A DNA stretch of 64,000 nucleotides from an uncultured delta proteobacterium (GCA_963769935.1 CAVYNY010000003.1:32001-96000), one strand, 5' to 3'. Counted from the stretch's first letter, positions 19,436 through 29,254 are shown. A program made the numbers and translations. The notes: generated by a model not told the origin, from the sequence alone.

Positions 19436-20023
19436 ATGGGAAAATGGATCAATAAAAGCATGGCGCCAGCCGTTTCAGAGCAATCCGCTAATCATCCGGC
19501 CATCGAAGATATCGCGCGGCTGGCGGAAGGCAGGGTCGAGCAAGCTGAACGGGAACAATTCCTGCGCCATCTCAACCGATGCCAAAGATGCTACGAAATC
19601 CTGCAGGAAACCCTGATAGACATTGCCTCCGCCAGGCCTTTGCCAAAGGTTTCCGGTCCCTGGTGGAAATCCAAAATCTTTTATGCCTTGGCTGCCTCAA
19701 TTTTACTGGTCATTATCATCGGCGGGCGCCTGGTATTTGAACACCGCAATCAACATCCCCGGATCATAACCGCCACACTTGATATGGATCAGGAGTTAAA
19801 GGACATCCTGCTGGAAGGCGACACCCTGCGGTGGGAGAAGGGACCGCGGCTAAGCCGGCTGGTGGCTGCTCTGCACAAAAAAGGTCTGCAATTTAATGAT
19901 CTGAAAGCTGCTATCCTTGCGCAACCCTACTATCAGAAAAAAAGCCTGTTCGGTCCCGGGGAAGTCCTTCATATTCGCATCGAGAATGGCGTGGCCTATC
20001 TGAAGGTTAAAGAAAAAAACTAG
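19436..20023 (+). CDS. zf-HC2-type anti-sigma factor with a TM helix
   Basis: HP..EDIARLAEG...HLNRCQRCYE, then TM ALAASILLVIIIG. Confidence 0.8.
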   Translation: MGKWINKSMAPAVSEQSANHPAIEDIARLAEGRVEQAEREQFLRHLNRCQRCYEILQETLIDIASARPLPKVSGPWWKSKIFYALAASILLVIIIGGRLVFEHRNQHPRIITATLDMDQELKDILLEGDTLRWEKGPRLSRLVAALHKKGLQFNDLKAAILAQPYYQKKSLFGPGEVLHIRIENGVAYLKVKEKN

Positions 20024-20224
20024 CTTTATGCCCTGCAAATATATTTAAGTAGTCGACGGGAATACTCAATTAGAGTTGCAGCTTTGAACATAAAAAATTC
20101 CAAGCCCCAAATAACTGCTTTTTGGAATTTGAAATTTGCGATTTAGACCTACCTTGTCCCCTTCCCTCTATTCTCAATCCCTTTCGAAAAAAGACATCCC
20201 ACTCAAAAAAAAATAATGAATTAT

Positions 20225-20253
20225 TGATCCGCCATTACCATCTGTCCGTCTAA
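20225..20253 (+). promoter_or_regulatory. Putative ECF promoter, class B (TGATCC-N16-CGTCTAA)
   Basis: Near-duplicate of the 19350 motif; about 55 nt upstream of the 20309 start. Confidence 0.55.
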
Positions 20254-20308
20254 CAAGTTAAAAAGAAATCCTTCACTTTACCAACACAATGTCAAGAGGA
20301 GACCTGTC

Positions 20309-21157
20309 ATGTTAAAAGTGACGTTCAGCAGCTCGGCCCCGAATCCTCCAATTCGAACATGGCGTTGGGTGTTTCTTGGATTGGCCGTTTTTATTTTTAC
20401 TGTCCCGGGATTTCCGGCAGCTGCGAAACAACCCCCTACCATTCAGCTGTTTCCAACCACGGTGGTGGAAAATATCAAGCACACCGGAGAGGCGGCCAAA
20501 GCCATGGAACAGGACCTTCAGAGTGTGATTGACCGCCTGAATCAGCAGGAGGAGCTTTACCTGGCGAGCAAGTGCGAAGGGGCCGCAGCCGAACAGGGCT
20601 GCAATGAAATCGCCGGACAGCTGAGTCAAACCTATCTGGAGATGCTGACCTTGATGGAAACCCGCCTGCCGGGGATGGAGGATTCGGTCCGGGCCACGAA
20701 TACCAGCCTGGAAAGACGGATTCGCACGGAGTTGGGCCGCAAAACAACTCCCCGTGGTCTGCAAAAACTTGTAGATGGAACGCCGCAGCAATCAACTGAG
20801 TCTCCCCGCTACAAGCGAAGGGCGGGAAGACTGAGCGAAAAGTTCAGACAGTATTACAAACTGGTAGCCATGGCCCCCGGATCGGGCGCGGGTGGATCAC
20901 TGGCGGCAGTCGCCGCTGAAATTTACCTTGATACCCAGGAAGTGCAGGAACTTATTGCCCTCACCCGCGATGAAATCAGCCGCGCCAAACTCATGATTGA
21001 TCTCGATCAGGCATACGGCATCATCACGCCGGAAATGTTTGAGATGGTCGGCCGGGTGAAAACGATTATATTTGGCGAGACCGGAGAAGCGGAAGGCATA
21101 CCCAGTCCGCCGGCCGGCAGCGCTAAAGCAGAATATCGCAGCCCCCTTGAGATGTAA
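20309..21157 (+). CDS. Exported helical hypothetical protein
   Basis: Signal peptide ending PAAA-K, coiled-coil segments, a Cys pair; GAGGA RBS. Confidence 0.8.
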   Translation: MLKVTFSSSAPNPPIRTWRWVFLGLAVFIFTVPGFPAAAKQPPTIQLFPTTVVENIKHTGEAAKAMEQDLQSVIDRLNQQEELYLASKCEGAAAEQGCNEIAGQLSQTYLEMLTLMETRLPGMEDSVRATNTSLERRIRTELGRKTTPRGLQKLVDGTPQQSTESPRYKRRAGRLSEKFRQYYKLVAMAPGSGAGGSLAAVAAEIYLDTQEVQELIALTRDEISRAKLMIDLDQAYGIITPEMFEMVGRVKTIIFGETGEAEGIPSPPAGSAKAEYRSPLEM

Positions 21158-21194
21158 CTATGGAGGCGTTCGCCTATAACCGGAGGGTGTTATT

Positions 21195-21767
21195 ATGATT
21201 AAGCTACAAAGTAAAATGAATGCCTGGCGTTTCGACCAAATTTTTCTGATGTTGATAGTCCTCGCACTTTTTCCGGCGGCCTGCGGGAACCGGCAATATG
21301 TTAAACCCGGCTGCACGCTGCCTTCCGGCGTAAATCTTGAAGAAGCGTTGGCGCACTCAAGAGAAGATCTTGGGCACCTGGAGTGCGAAACCATGTTTGA
21401 CGGTTACTATATTAGACTCATTGAAGTCGCCAAACGCGACCCCGCAATACAAAACAAGCGCAAGTTCAGCGATTTTTTGGAATGGGCCAATGGGGAAGGC
21501 ATTATCGATAAGATCCAGGCTCGCGACTACTATAATCGCTACTTCAATACCACCTTCATGTCTCTGCCGGACGATTTTAATGTTTGCTCATCCTGCGCCG
21601 AGAAAACCCAAAAAGATCTCGAATCCCAGCTGGAAGAAGAACTCGGCCAGAAAGAAGAAGGGCTGTTGAGAGCGTGCCAGGATAAAAACGCCTATTACCT
21701 TGCGGCTGATCAATATAACTCCATCATGCTGCTGCTGGACGCCACCTGCACTGCCTGTCGGAACTGA
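21195..21767 (+). CDS. Cys-rich hypothetical lipoprotein
   Basis: Lipobox PAAC, plus CSSC, CTAC and additional Cys; GGAGG RBS. Confidence 0.8.
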   Translation: MIKLQSKMNAWRFDQIFLMLIVLALFPAACGNRQYVKPGCTLPSGVNLEEALAHSREDLGHLECETMFDGYYIRLIEVAKRDPAIQNKRKFSDFLEWANGEGIIDKIQARDYYNRYFNTTFMSLPDDFNVCSSCAEKTQKDLESQLEEELGQKEEGLLRACQDKNAYYLAADQYNSIMLLLDATCTACRN

Positions 21768-21791
21768 TATGACAAGCGAATGTCAGATAAT

Positions 21792-21909
21792 GCTGAGCAT
21801 CAGGACTGAATAACACGGACTGAGCAACGAGGACTGAGGACAGAGATGGAAAAAATTCGAGCGATGCAAACAGCGATACGTTCAGTCCTCAGCCCTCAGC
21901 CCTCATCAC
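21792..21909. repeat. Inverted pair of heptamer arrays (ggactga / tcagccc-type)
   Basis: Left arm gaggactgagga; right arm ttcagtcctcagccctcagccctca is its reverse complement. Confidence 0.65.
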
Positions 21910-21947
21910 TTTTTCGAGCAGAAACTAAATTTTAGGGAATTCATACG

Positions 21948-22661
21948 ATGGAAAACAGATCTCATTCCGTCACGGTCTTTTCAGCCGGCTTTATCACCGG
22001 CGCCCTGGGAGTGCTGGTTATCGGCGCTGCGATGCTTTACATGTTGAACATGTCTGAATTTGTTGCCATATCCGTGTTGAAAATTCCCAGGGTTCAAAGG
22101 GTGCTGACGTGGACCTATGAGAATCTCAGACTCTCGATCATCCCCTTTTTCTTTACTTCGCTGCTGTATACCGGCTCTCTTCTCCGCTTAAAGCGTTATC
22201 TGAAAGATCAGCGCACTCCGGTGGAAAAGATTGCCCAGAGCGAGCAGCTGGTTGATATCTGGATCAATCTATTCTTCGGGATCGGGGTAATTTGGACGGC
22301 CATCGGCATGCGCGGCGCCTTGCTGGACGGAGTCGGTGACTTGAATGCCCAATCGGCAGCACAGCTGGGCGCCTTTTCGATCCTGCAACGATTGGTGGAC
22401 GGCGGAATTTTGCTGGCATTATCCACCACCATCTTCGGTGCCGTCGGCGGCTATCTGCTGCGCCTGATTAAATCCATGGCGGTGGGTACCCAGGTGAAAG
22501 CTTATTACAATCGACTGGCAGAGCAGCAGGCCGACTCAGTTCATAAAGCCCTGCAATCCATCGACGGGCGGGTCCAGGAATTGGTGGGGATACAGAAAAA
22601 TTTAAATAACTTGGCGAACACAACCGATGAAGGTAAAGCTATCCGTCCGCCGGTTATTTAA
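21948..22661 (+). CDS. MotA/TolQ/ExbB-like membrane protein
   Basis: Four hydrophobic segments; LFFGIGVIWTAIGM and GGILLALSTTIFG resemble the two channel helices of the family. Confidence 0.6.
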   Translation: MENRSHSVTVFSAGFITGALGVLVIGAAMLYMLNMSEFVAISVLKIPRVQRVLTWTYENLRLSIIPFFFTSLLYTGSLLRLKRYLKDQRTPVEKIAQSEQLVDIWINLFFGIGVIWTAIGMRGALLDGVGDLNAQSAAQLGAFSILQRLVDGGILLALSTTIFGAVGGYLLRLIKSMAVGTQVKAYYNRLAEQQADSVHKALQSIDGRVQELVGIQKNLNNLANTTDEGKAIRPPVI

Positions 22662-22790
22662 AGAAATGCAGGCATCAGGTGTTGAGAAAAAGCAAAAATA
22701 TCAGAAAGGTTTCAATCCCTGCACACCGCAACGGACAATGGACAAACGACAGCGGACTTTGAATAATTGGCGCTCAATTTGGAGCAATCG

Positions 22791-23627
22791 ATGCACCCTT
22801 TATATCCATCGCCAATATCTCTTATCCGGCCCGAGGCTTCCTTTTCAAATGAGGTGGAAGTGCTGCAGACGGATGTCATGCGATTTTTTGCGATATTATG
22901 TCTGTGCCTGATGGCGATATTTGCTCTGGTCAAAACCCTGCCCATGGCCCCTTCGACCGGTCCTCCCACGATGGTCGAACCCACGGACCTTAAAGCAGAT
23001 GTCGAAGCTCTGCAAAAACACATTGCCATGCTCAAAGAGAGGCTTGGGCAGTTAAGGACCCAAGTTCAGGCCGCCGCCGTCGACGCCGAAAAATCAACGA
23101 CCGTGGCTGCCGTTGCGGAAAAAAAAATTAAAGATGAAACGCAACACCTGGCAGAGATACAGGCAAAACTGAAGCGGGAAAGAGTAAAATTGAATCAACC
23201 TCGGTCGGAGAAAAAACCGGCTGAAATATTACCGGCTGAGCAAAAAAATCCGCCGCCTCAGACCGTCAGGCAAGGATTCAGCTTGCGTTTTGCCTCGGAT
23301 GCGGCGCTGCAAAAGCTGATCGACAGCGGGAAAGTAAATTTTTATGCATTAGCCGGGAAAAAAGCCTGGCAATTGCACCTGAGAGACGGACAGCCGGTCT
23401 ATTCGTCGACCCGATTTCCCAGTCAAATTCATGAAATGCAGACTCCCACCGTTCCCACTGAGTATACCGGGGCTTTTCACCGGCAGGTAGCGGCGTTCGG
23501 CCGCACCACGGTGACCTGGGGGGTGACGCTGCCTTCCCCAACTATGTCATCCATTAACCAGCTCATCAAAAGCCGACCCGGGGGTGATCTGATCATCACC
23601 GCGGCCGGCGAGGTCGTTATAAAATGA
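22791..23627 (+). CDS. MotB/ExbD-like single-pass membrane protein with a coiled coil and an uncharacterised periplasmic domain
   Basis: QTDVMRFFAILCLCLMAIFALV, with Asp at the start of the TM helix. ATG 22791 follows a GGAG RBS. No OmpA motif. Confidence 0.55.
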   Translation: MHPLYPSPISLIRPEASFSNEVEVLQTDVMRFFAILCLCLMAIFALVKTLPMAPSTGPPTMVEPTDLKADVEALQKHIAMLKERLGQLRTQVQAAAVDAEKSTTVAAVAEKKIKDETQHLAEIQAKLKRERVKLNQPRSEKKPAEILPAEQKNPPPQTVRQGFSLRFASDAALQKLIDSGKVNFYALAGKKAWQLHLRDGQPVYSSTRFPSQIHEMQTPTVPTEYTGAFHRQVAAFGRTTVTWGVTLPSPTMSSINQLIKSRPGGDLIITAAGEVVIK

Positions 23628-25222
23628 CAACCACCAACAACATCGGGACCGGGATCCGGCCGTACATTTTACTCTTGATTTTTATAGGGTTGTCGGCCTG
23701 CAGCGGCCATCAGGTGTACCATGAAGTTGGACTGCCGGCCGGCGGATCGTCGCTTGATACCTGGCTGGAAGATACCCTTATTCCATACCTGCTCCAGCAA
23801 CTCAGCCAGCACCCGCGCTTTAAAGGCCAACCCATTTTGTTGGTCGGCCTGCGCGGCGATGAGGTCCGCTCCCGCGCAGATGACTTGACGGGAGAGATCC
23901 GATCAAAAATCGGCGACGCGCTGCTGAAACAACCCGGTCTCGATCTTGCCTGGCAACCGACCGGCCCGCCACGAGAACACCATCAACGTCTCGCGGATGT
24001 CTCCTGTGGCACTTACCGCAAAATCCAATATTACATCGGTCTGGACTGCGGTTTGACCCGATTGGAGGGCAAGCTTTATGTAAAAGTGCGGGCCTTGAAC
24101 CTTGCCGAACAAAAATGGGTGACCGGCTTCGGCAAATCATGGGAAGGGCGGCCGACCGCAGCCCAGCTGGCGGCTCTGGCGCGCGAACATCCGGATGAAT
24201 ATTTGCGGGGTCGGCGCCAGCTGCCGTTTTCCGAGGAGCAGCCGGATTTGTTGGCTGCCTATTTGGCCCGCAATCTAAGCTGTGTTTTGCGGCAGGCCGA
24301 ATCCGATAATCTGGTGGTGCATGTTGCCAAACCATCCGCAAATTCCCCGGCAGTCTTTAAAACGGCCCTGGAACTTGTGGGAAACTACCTGGCGCGTTTT
24401 CGGGAGGTGGAAGTAACCGATGATCCGAACCAGGCCAATATCACCCTGGTATGCGAAATCCATGCCATCCATCAAGGCTTGCACCAGATCTGGGTCTCTG
24501 CCAGACACCGCCGTGATGAAAAATATCTGCCCGGCGCAGAGACTGAAGCGTATGTGTTGATTGATGCCCATGAACAGATGCAGGTCGCCGGCGCGCAGAA
24601 TGCAAGACCTTATGCGCCCCTGCCCTCCGCCGCGCGCCTATCGAATTCATCTGAACTAATAGCATCATTTGATCTACTGACGCCGATGAATCAGAATTCA
24701 TGTTCAACCGGCGCTCCCTGGCAGTCTGGTGTACGGCGGATTGACTCCCAGGAACGTATTCCGGGCGGCGGCTGTCTGGCCGTAGAAATGACGCTTTCGG
24801 CGGCGGCTTATGTTTTTTTGGTGGGTCAGGATGCCGGTGGTGAATTAACGCAAATGTTTCCATCTGTCTGCACCGGCCGGCAGGAAAATGATGCCCTGCT
24901 CCATCCCGGTCAGCTATTTCAATTTCCATCACTTTCAGATCCCAACGCCGGGGTACTGGAACTTACCGGTTCGCCCGGCAGGGAACGGGTTTTTGCAATT
25001 GCCATAACAAGCCCGGATCTGGCCGATCGATTTGCCGACCGGCTGGTGGAAGTCCAGGACCTGTGCCGACCCGGCAAAATATTTGCCGATAACCTAATAG
25101 CCGGTAATAGCCGAACCTCTGCCGAAGGTATTTATCAATGGCAAGACTACTTGATCCGGCTTTCGGCTGATAATCCCGGTTTGGTCCAGTGGCAGGCAAT
25201 CAGCTTCTGGCACGAGCCGTAG
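23624..25222 (+). CDS. Lipoprotein with a C-terminal DUF4384-like domain
   Basis: Lipobox LSAC; AYVFLVGQDAGGELTQMFP...PGRERVFAIA fits the DUF4384 pattern; ATGA overlap. Confidence 0.75.
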   Translation: MTTTNNIGTGIRPYILLLIFIGLSACSGHQVYHEVGLPAGGSSLDTWLEDTLIPYLLQQLSQHPRFKGQPILLVGLRGDEVRSRADDLTGEIRSKIGDALLKQPGLDLAWQPTGPPREHHQRLADVSCGTYRKIQYYIGLDCGLTRLEGKLYVKVRALNLAEQKWVTGFGKSWEGRPTAAQLAALAREHPDEYLRGRRQLPFSEEQPDLLAAYLARNLSCVLRQAESDNLVVHVAKPSANSPAVFKTALELVGNYLARFREVEVTDDPNQANITLVCEIHAIHQGLHQIWVSARHRRDEKYLPGAETEAYVLIDAHEQMQVAGAQNARPYAPLPSAARLSNSSELIASFDLLTPMNQNSCSTGAPWQSGVRRIDSQERIPGGGCLAVEMTLSAAAYVFLVGQDAGGELTQMFPSVCTGRQENDALLHPGQLFQFPSLSDPNAGVLELTGSPGRERVFAIAITSPDLADRFADRLVEVQDLCRPGKIFADNLIAGNSRTSAEGIYQWQDYLIRLSADNPGLVQWQAISFWHEP

Positions 25223-25400
25223 AGAAAGGACACTAATTGTATTTGAATTGAAAATACTCTGCTGCCGATGTCGGAAGGATCCATTTTGACCAAATGGCGC
25301 AAGGCAGACGGCGCAGGGTATTTGTGCTCGTCTTAATATGATGCCATTAGCTCGGGTAACAGGTAGTCCATGAGGTGCAGTTCACAACCGGTAACCCGAG

Positions 25401-25465
25401 ACACGCACCTCGTAAGCCGAAACACGTAACTCGCAACCCGTAACTCGCAACCCGTAACTCGCAAC
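25401..25465. repeat. Heptamer-period tandem array (cgtaact/cgcaacc)
   Basis: cgtaactcgcaacc repeated about three times immediately before the ATG at 25466. Confidence 0.75.
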
Positions 25466-26289
25466 ATGACTCAACTGCACATTATCACTAAACTAATTAT
25501 CTGCCTGGCCTTGCTTGGATATGGTCAACAGGCGGCAGGCGCCCTTAAAGAAGCCGGATCGGATATTGAGGCGCTGTGGCGCCTTTTTCTGGCCAACGAT
25601 GCGCTGAAATCCCCTGTGATCAGTTTCCCTTATGATCACTGTTTTAATACGGCCGCCCAAAAATATGATCTACCTTTATCACTTCTTCTGGCCGTGGCGC
25701 GCGGTGAATCCGACTTTAATCCCAGAGCCCGGTCGGATCGCAACTGCCACGGATTGATGCAAATCCAGTGGCCCGGAACAGCCAAACATCTGGGAATCTA
25801 TCGACTTGCGGCGCTGTATGAGCCGTGCACCAATATTAGCGCCGGAGCCCGATATCTGAGGGAGCTTATGGACCGCTATGATCAAAATCTGCATCTGGCC
25901 CTGGCGGCATACAACTACGGGCCGAATCGCATCCAGCCCAAAGCCGGACCGGGCCGTATTCCTCAGGGCGCCCAATGGTACAGCGGCTATATTTACCATC
26001 ACCTGGAATTTGTCACCCAGGGGGGGACGCCGCATCCGGCGGCGCAGCGGGCAAAGGGTCGGCCTACGGCCGTGAAAAGCGGCTGGCAATCATAACGTTT
26101 AACCGGCCATATCGAGCGAGCGCATTTTACCGGCACCTTCAAGAACAGGCACCTGCGCTGAAACTCGATTGGTATCGTATCGGTTTGGGAAGGTTTCAGG
26201 TGGTGATGCGGTTCACGGATAAAAAAGCACTGGAAGCCGGCCGCAAAAAATTAAGAACTCTGGGAGTGATCGTCAAAGCCAGGAAATGA
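25466..26289 (+). CDS. Lytic transglycosylase (SLT domain) with a C-terminal SPOR-like tail, frameshifted at a G7 run
   Basis: ARGESDFNP, GLMQI, ALAAYNYGP. The frame continues in ORF 25975..26289 if one G is added at 26020-26026. Confidence 0.85.
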
Positions 26290-26337
26290 GATGGAATGCC
26301 GGACCAATGATGTTGAAAAAATCAGCTAAATTATTTT

Positions 26338-26364
26338 GTAAACCTTTTTTTAACCTTATACGTC
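26338..26364 (+). promoter_or_regulatory. Putative ECF promoter, class A (GTAAAC-N17-CGTC)
   Basis: Same boxes and spacing as 16769 and 32573; upstream of the caspase genes. Confidence 0.5.
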
Positions 26365-26440
26365 ACACTCAATAGAAATTTTTTGTTATATAGTTTCATA
26401 TGAGCGCCGCGGCTCTGAGAGCGTCATCTGATAGTGGAAG

Positions 26441-26615
26441 AAATTCGATGTAGTTTTATAAGTGCCCTCACCGCTGAGAGTCACAGAGAGCGCAGAGATT
26501 ACATTAAAATTTTCTTTCGTCGGCGTTCTCGGCAGGCTCTGCGGTGAACTATCAGTTTCTTTTTCGATCAGATCGGCCGTTGTTTTGACAATGCGGCTTT
26601 GGCGCTGAAACCTGA
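26441..26615 (+). repeat. Dispersed MITE-like intergenic element, copy 1
   Basis: Aligns by eye to the reverse complement of 38455-38663 (aaattcgatg...ctcaccgctgagag...ggtgaactat...gatcag.cggccgttgttttg...gctgaaacctga). Confidence 0.8.
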
Positions 26616-26733
26616 CATCTGTTAACCTAATTTTTGCAATTTTAAATTATCAACGTTCTCAACTTCTCCCGAATAGAGTCTTGGAAAATGCAAGGGGCAA
26701 AATACCTAAAAAGCAAAAATTAGCGGAGTTCTT

Positions 26734-28158
26734 ATGGCTGACAAAAATAAAAAGCTCGGCGGTTTTTGGTCCTATCTTCTCTGGCTGCTGCTGATGTCAT
26801 TGGTCCTCGTTTCAACCTCCAGGGGTGAAGATCGGGCCCTGCTGATCGGTGTCGGACGGTATGCGCATTTCGAAGAAAAGCTCAACGGCGTCAGTCTGGA
26901 TCTCGGCATGATGAAAGAATTATCACAACTGATGGGATTTAAGGAACATGCAATTAAGGTGCTGGAAAATGAGCAGGCATCTACCGCCGGGGTTAATGAG
27001 GCGATTGAAGACTGGTTGATTCGGGGCACCGGACCGCAGGACCGGGTCCTGTTTTATTTCAGCGGGCACGGCTCCCAGGTTCCGGATGAAAACAACGATG
27101 AAAAGGATCATTTTGATGAAGTGCTGCTGCTCTATGATGTGACCCTCACGGAAAGGCAAGGCCGGCAGACATTGAACGGTGTTTTGCTCGATGATCAATT
27201 CGGCAGCATGCTGGCAAAAATCAAAAGCCGCAACATTCTGGTCATTCTCGATGCCTGCCACAGCGGCAGCGCAACCAGGAGCATCCGGCTGACCACCCGG
27301 TCTATTCCGATACACAACGCTCAGGTGAAATACTTCTATTATTCGCCGATGCTGGAGGCAGCCGGCGGCAGCGGCCGGTTCGATGTGATGGAGCCGGATG
27401 CTTCACCGGCGGCTGCAGGCCGCTATGTGGCAATTTCGGCCTGCCGCGACGATGAGATGACGCTTGCCACCGCCCAGGGAAGCATATTCACACTCGGGCT
27501 GCGCGAGACCTTGCGTGCGGCGGCCAGGGCCGGAAAAAGCATTTCGCCCGCAGAATTACAGCGCCGGACGACCCGATTCATTCAGGAACAAATAGGATCC
27601 GAAGGGGCTGCATTTCATCCCCAGATTGCCGGCCAAAAATCCCTTCTTGAGCGTCCTTTGGAACTGGTCTCACTTGCCGGAGGAAGCGGCCCGGTGCGTC
27701 AAAATCTGGAAGCATTGATGCATAAAAGCCATGAAACCGTCTGGATCAATTTAAACAAAATCTGTTTTGAACCTGGCGACGTACTTGAAATATCCGTCAG
27801 ATTATCCGAACCGGGGTATTTGAATGTCGTCAGTGTTCGTCCGGATGATCAGGCCACGGTGCTGTTTCCAAACCAATATCACCGACAGAATGCCGTTGAC
27901 CGGGGCGCGTTGACCCTACCCACCCGTCAGATGAACTTTGAATTGGTGGCCGACGGCCCCCCGGGCACCATTCTGATAACGGCCTTTCTGACCCCTTCAC
28001 CGGTGGACGGCTACAAAAACGGCTTCAAGACCCCGGAGGATGTGATGGCGGGTCTCTCACCCGGTACAACGCGCTCCTTGATGCTGCGCCAAAACCAGGA
28101 CTGGCTGGCCGCCGGCAGGGTAGCCGTTGAAATGCGGGAAAAAGGAGGATGCAGGTGA
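26734..28158 (+). CDS. Exported caspase-family (peptidase C14) protease with C-terminal DUF4384
   Basis: Signal peptide; RALLIG, FYFSGHGS (His), ILDACHSG (Cys); PGDVLEISV...GYLNVVSV...VLFPN...GPPG fits DUF4384. Confidence 0.9.
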   Translation: MADKNKKLGGFWSYLLWLLLMSLVLVSTSRGEDRALLIGVGRYAHFEEKLNGVSLDLGMMKELSQLMGFKEHAIKVLENEQASTAGVNEAIEDWLIRGTGPQDRVLFYFSGHGSQVPDENNDEKDHFDEVLLLYDVTLTERQGRQTLNGVLLDDQFGSMLAKIKSRNILVILDACHSGSATRSIRLTTRSIPIHNAQVKYFYYSPMLEAAGGSGRFDVMEPDASPAAAGRYVAISACRDDEMTLATAQGSIFTLGLRETLRAAARAGKSISPAELQRRTTRFIQEQIGSEGAAFHPQIAGQKSLLERPLELVSLAGGSGPVRQNLEALMHKSHETVWINLNKICFEPGDVLEISVRLSEPGYLNVVSVRPDDQATVLFPNQYHRQNAVDRGALTLPTRQMNFELVADGPPGTILITAFLTPSPVDGYKNGFKTPEDVMAGLSPGTTRSLMLRQNQDWLAAGRVAVEMREKGGCR

Positions 28159-29036
28159 AATATTTTTTCAAGTTTATCGCTGTCTTGTCGCTAATAATTT
28201 TTACCTGTATTCCCGTGGCGACCCGTATTTCAGCTGCTATGGACTGCCGTCTGGGTGCTGATTACTACTACCAGGCCAAATCCGAAGCCGATCCGCAGCA
28301 GGCTATCCTCTGGTTGAAGCGGTCGGCGCAAGTATGCCCCAATTTCAATGCCTGGTATATGCTCGGGATGATATACACCCGCCAAGGAGAAATTGATCCC
28401 GCCATGGCCGCTTTTATGCGGGCCAGGACCCAGGCTGTTTCCTCCAAAACCGAAGCCCTGGCCCTGGCCCGCCAGGGCGAACTGCTGGCCCGCTCCGGTC
28501 AGCTGCCCCGGGCCCAGCAGGCCCTGGAACTGGCTGGACGGTTTTATCCTGCACCTGCGCCGGCTTGGCTGGAGGCATCTCTTAAGAATACCAGAATTAA
28601 ACTGCAGCAGTCGCTGATAACAGCAGCCGATATCAAGTATGTACTTGAATCCGGCACGCAATTAAGCAAAGACGGCCGATTTGCGGTTCGCCCGGCAGTG
28701 AACCTGCCGGTGCACTTTGACTTCGACCGGGCGGATCTGAATTCAGCCGGCAGCCGTCAGGTGATGGAACTGGGTGGTGCCCTTTCCCACGCAACATTGA
28801 AGCAGTGGTCTTTTCTGCTGGTCGGCCATACCGACAAGCGCGGATCCATGGCCTACAATCAGACGCTCTCCGAAAGTCGCGCCTCTTCGGTAAGGATAGA
28901 ATTGGAACACAGCTTTCCTTCGCTCATCGGCAGGCTGCAAGCCATGGGACGCGGCGAGACCGAATTACTGTACGACGGCGACAGCGAAGAAGATCATATG
29001 CTCAATCGCCGCGTGCAGGTGACGCTTTATCATTGA
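28149..29036 (+). CDS. TPR + OmpA-family peptidoglycan-binding protein
   Basis: Signal peptide; TPR-like AWYMLGMIY...; VHFDFDRADL, VGHTD, NQTLSESRA, NRRV. Confidence 0.9.
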   Translation: MQVKYFFKFIAVLSLIIFTCIPVATRISAAMDCRLGADYYYQAKSEADPQQAILWLKRSAQVCPNFNAWYMLGMIYTRQGEIDPAMAAFMRARTQAVSSKTEALALARQGELLARSGQLPRAQQALELAGRFYPAPAPAWLEASLKNTRIKLQQSLITAADIKYVLESGTQLSKDGRFAVRPAVNLPVHFDFDRADLNSAGSRQVMELGGALSHATLKQWSFLLVGHTDKRGSMAYNQTLSESRASSVRIELEHSFPSLIGRLQAMGRGETELLYDGDSEEDHMLNRRVQVTLYH

Positions 29037-29217
29037 AAATTGAAGATTGAAGATTGAAGATTGAAGATTTATGGAGTCGCCTCGCTCCAACTTTCAATTT
29101 AAATATTTTCAAAACCAAATCCGTTTGCAGCAAGATGTTTAATTGATAATGCGATATTTAAAATTTTGGCTAAAATCGATAGGATTCCGCCAATTTTCAA
29201 TCTTCAATTTTCAATAA
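29032..29217. repeat. Element bounded by inverted heptamer arrays (ttgaaga)n / (tcttcaa)n
   Basis: Left arm attgaaaattgaagattgaagattgaagattgaagatt, right arm caattttcaatcttcaattttcaat; internal ggagtcgcctcgctcc. Confidence 0.75.
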
Positions 29218-29254
29218 ATTACATTTCACCCTGATTAGGAATCTGTTTGTACCA

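Noticed and set aside
21195..21767. c-type cytochrome
   Set aside because: The CxxC motifs are not followed by His.
25401..25465. CRISPR array
   Set aside because: Short-period tandem repeats without unique spacers; no cas genes anywhere in the window.
21948..29036. Zorya anti-phage system (ZorA/ZorB)
   Set aside because: The A-like protein lacks the long cytoplasmic tail, the B-like protein lacks an OmpA domain, and no ZorC/D/E-like helicase or nuclease is present.
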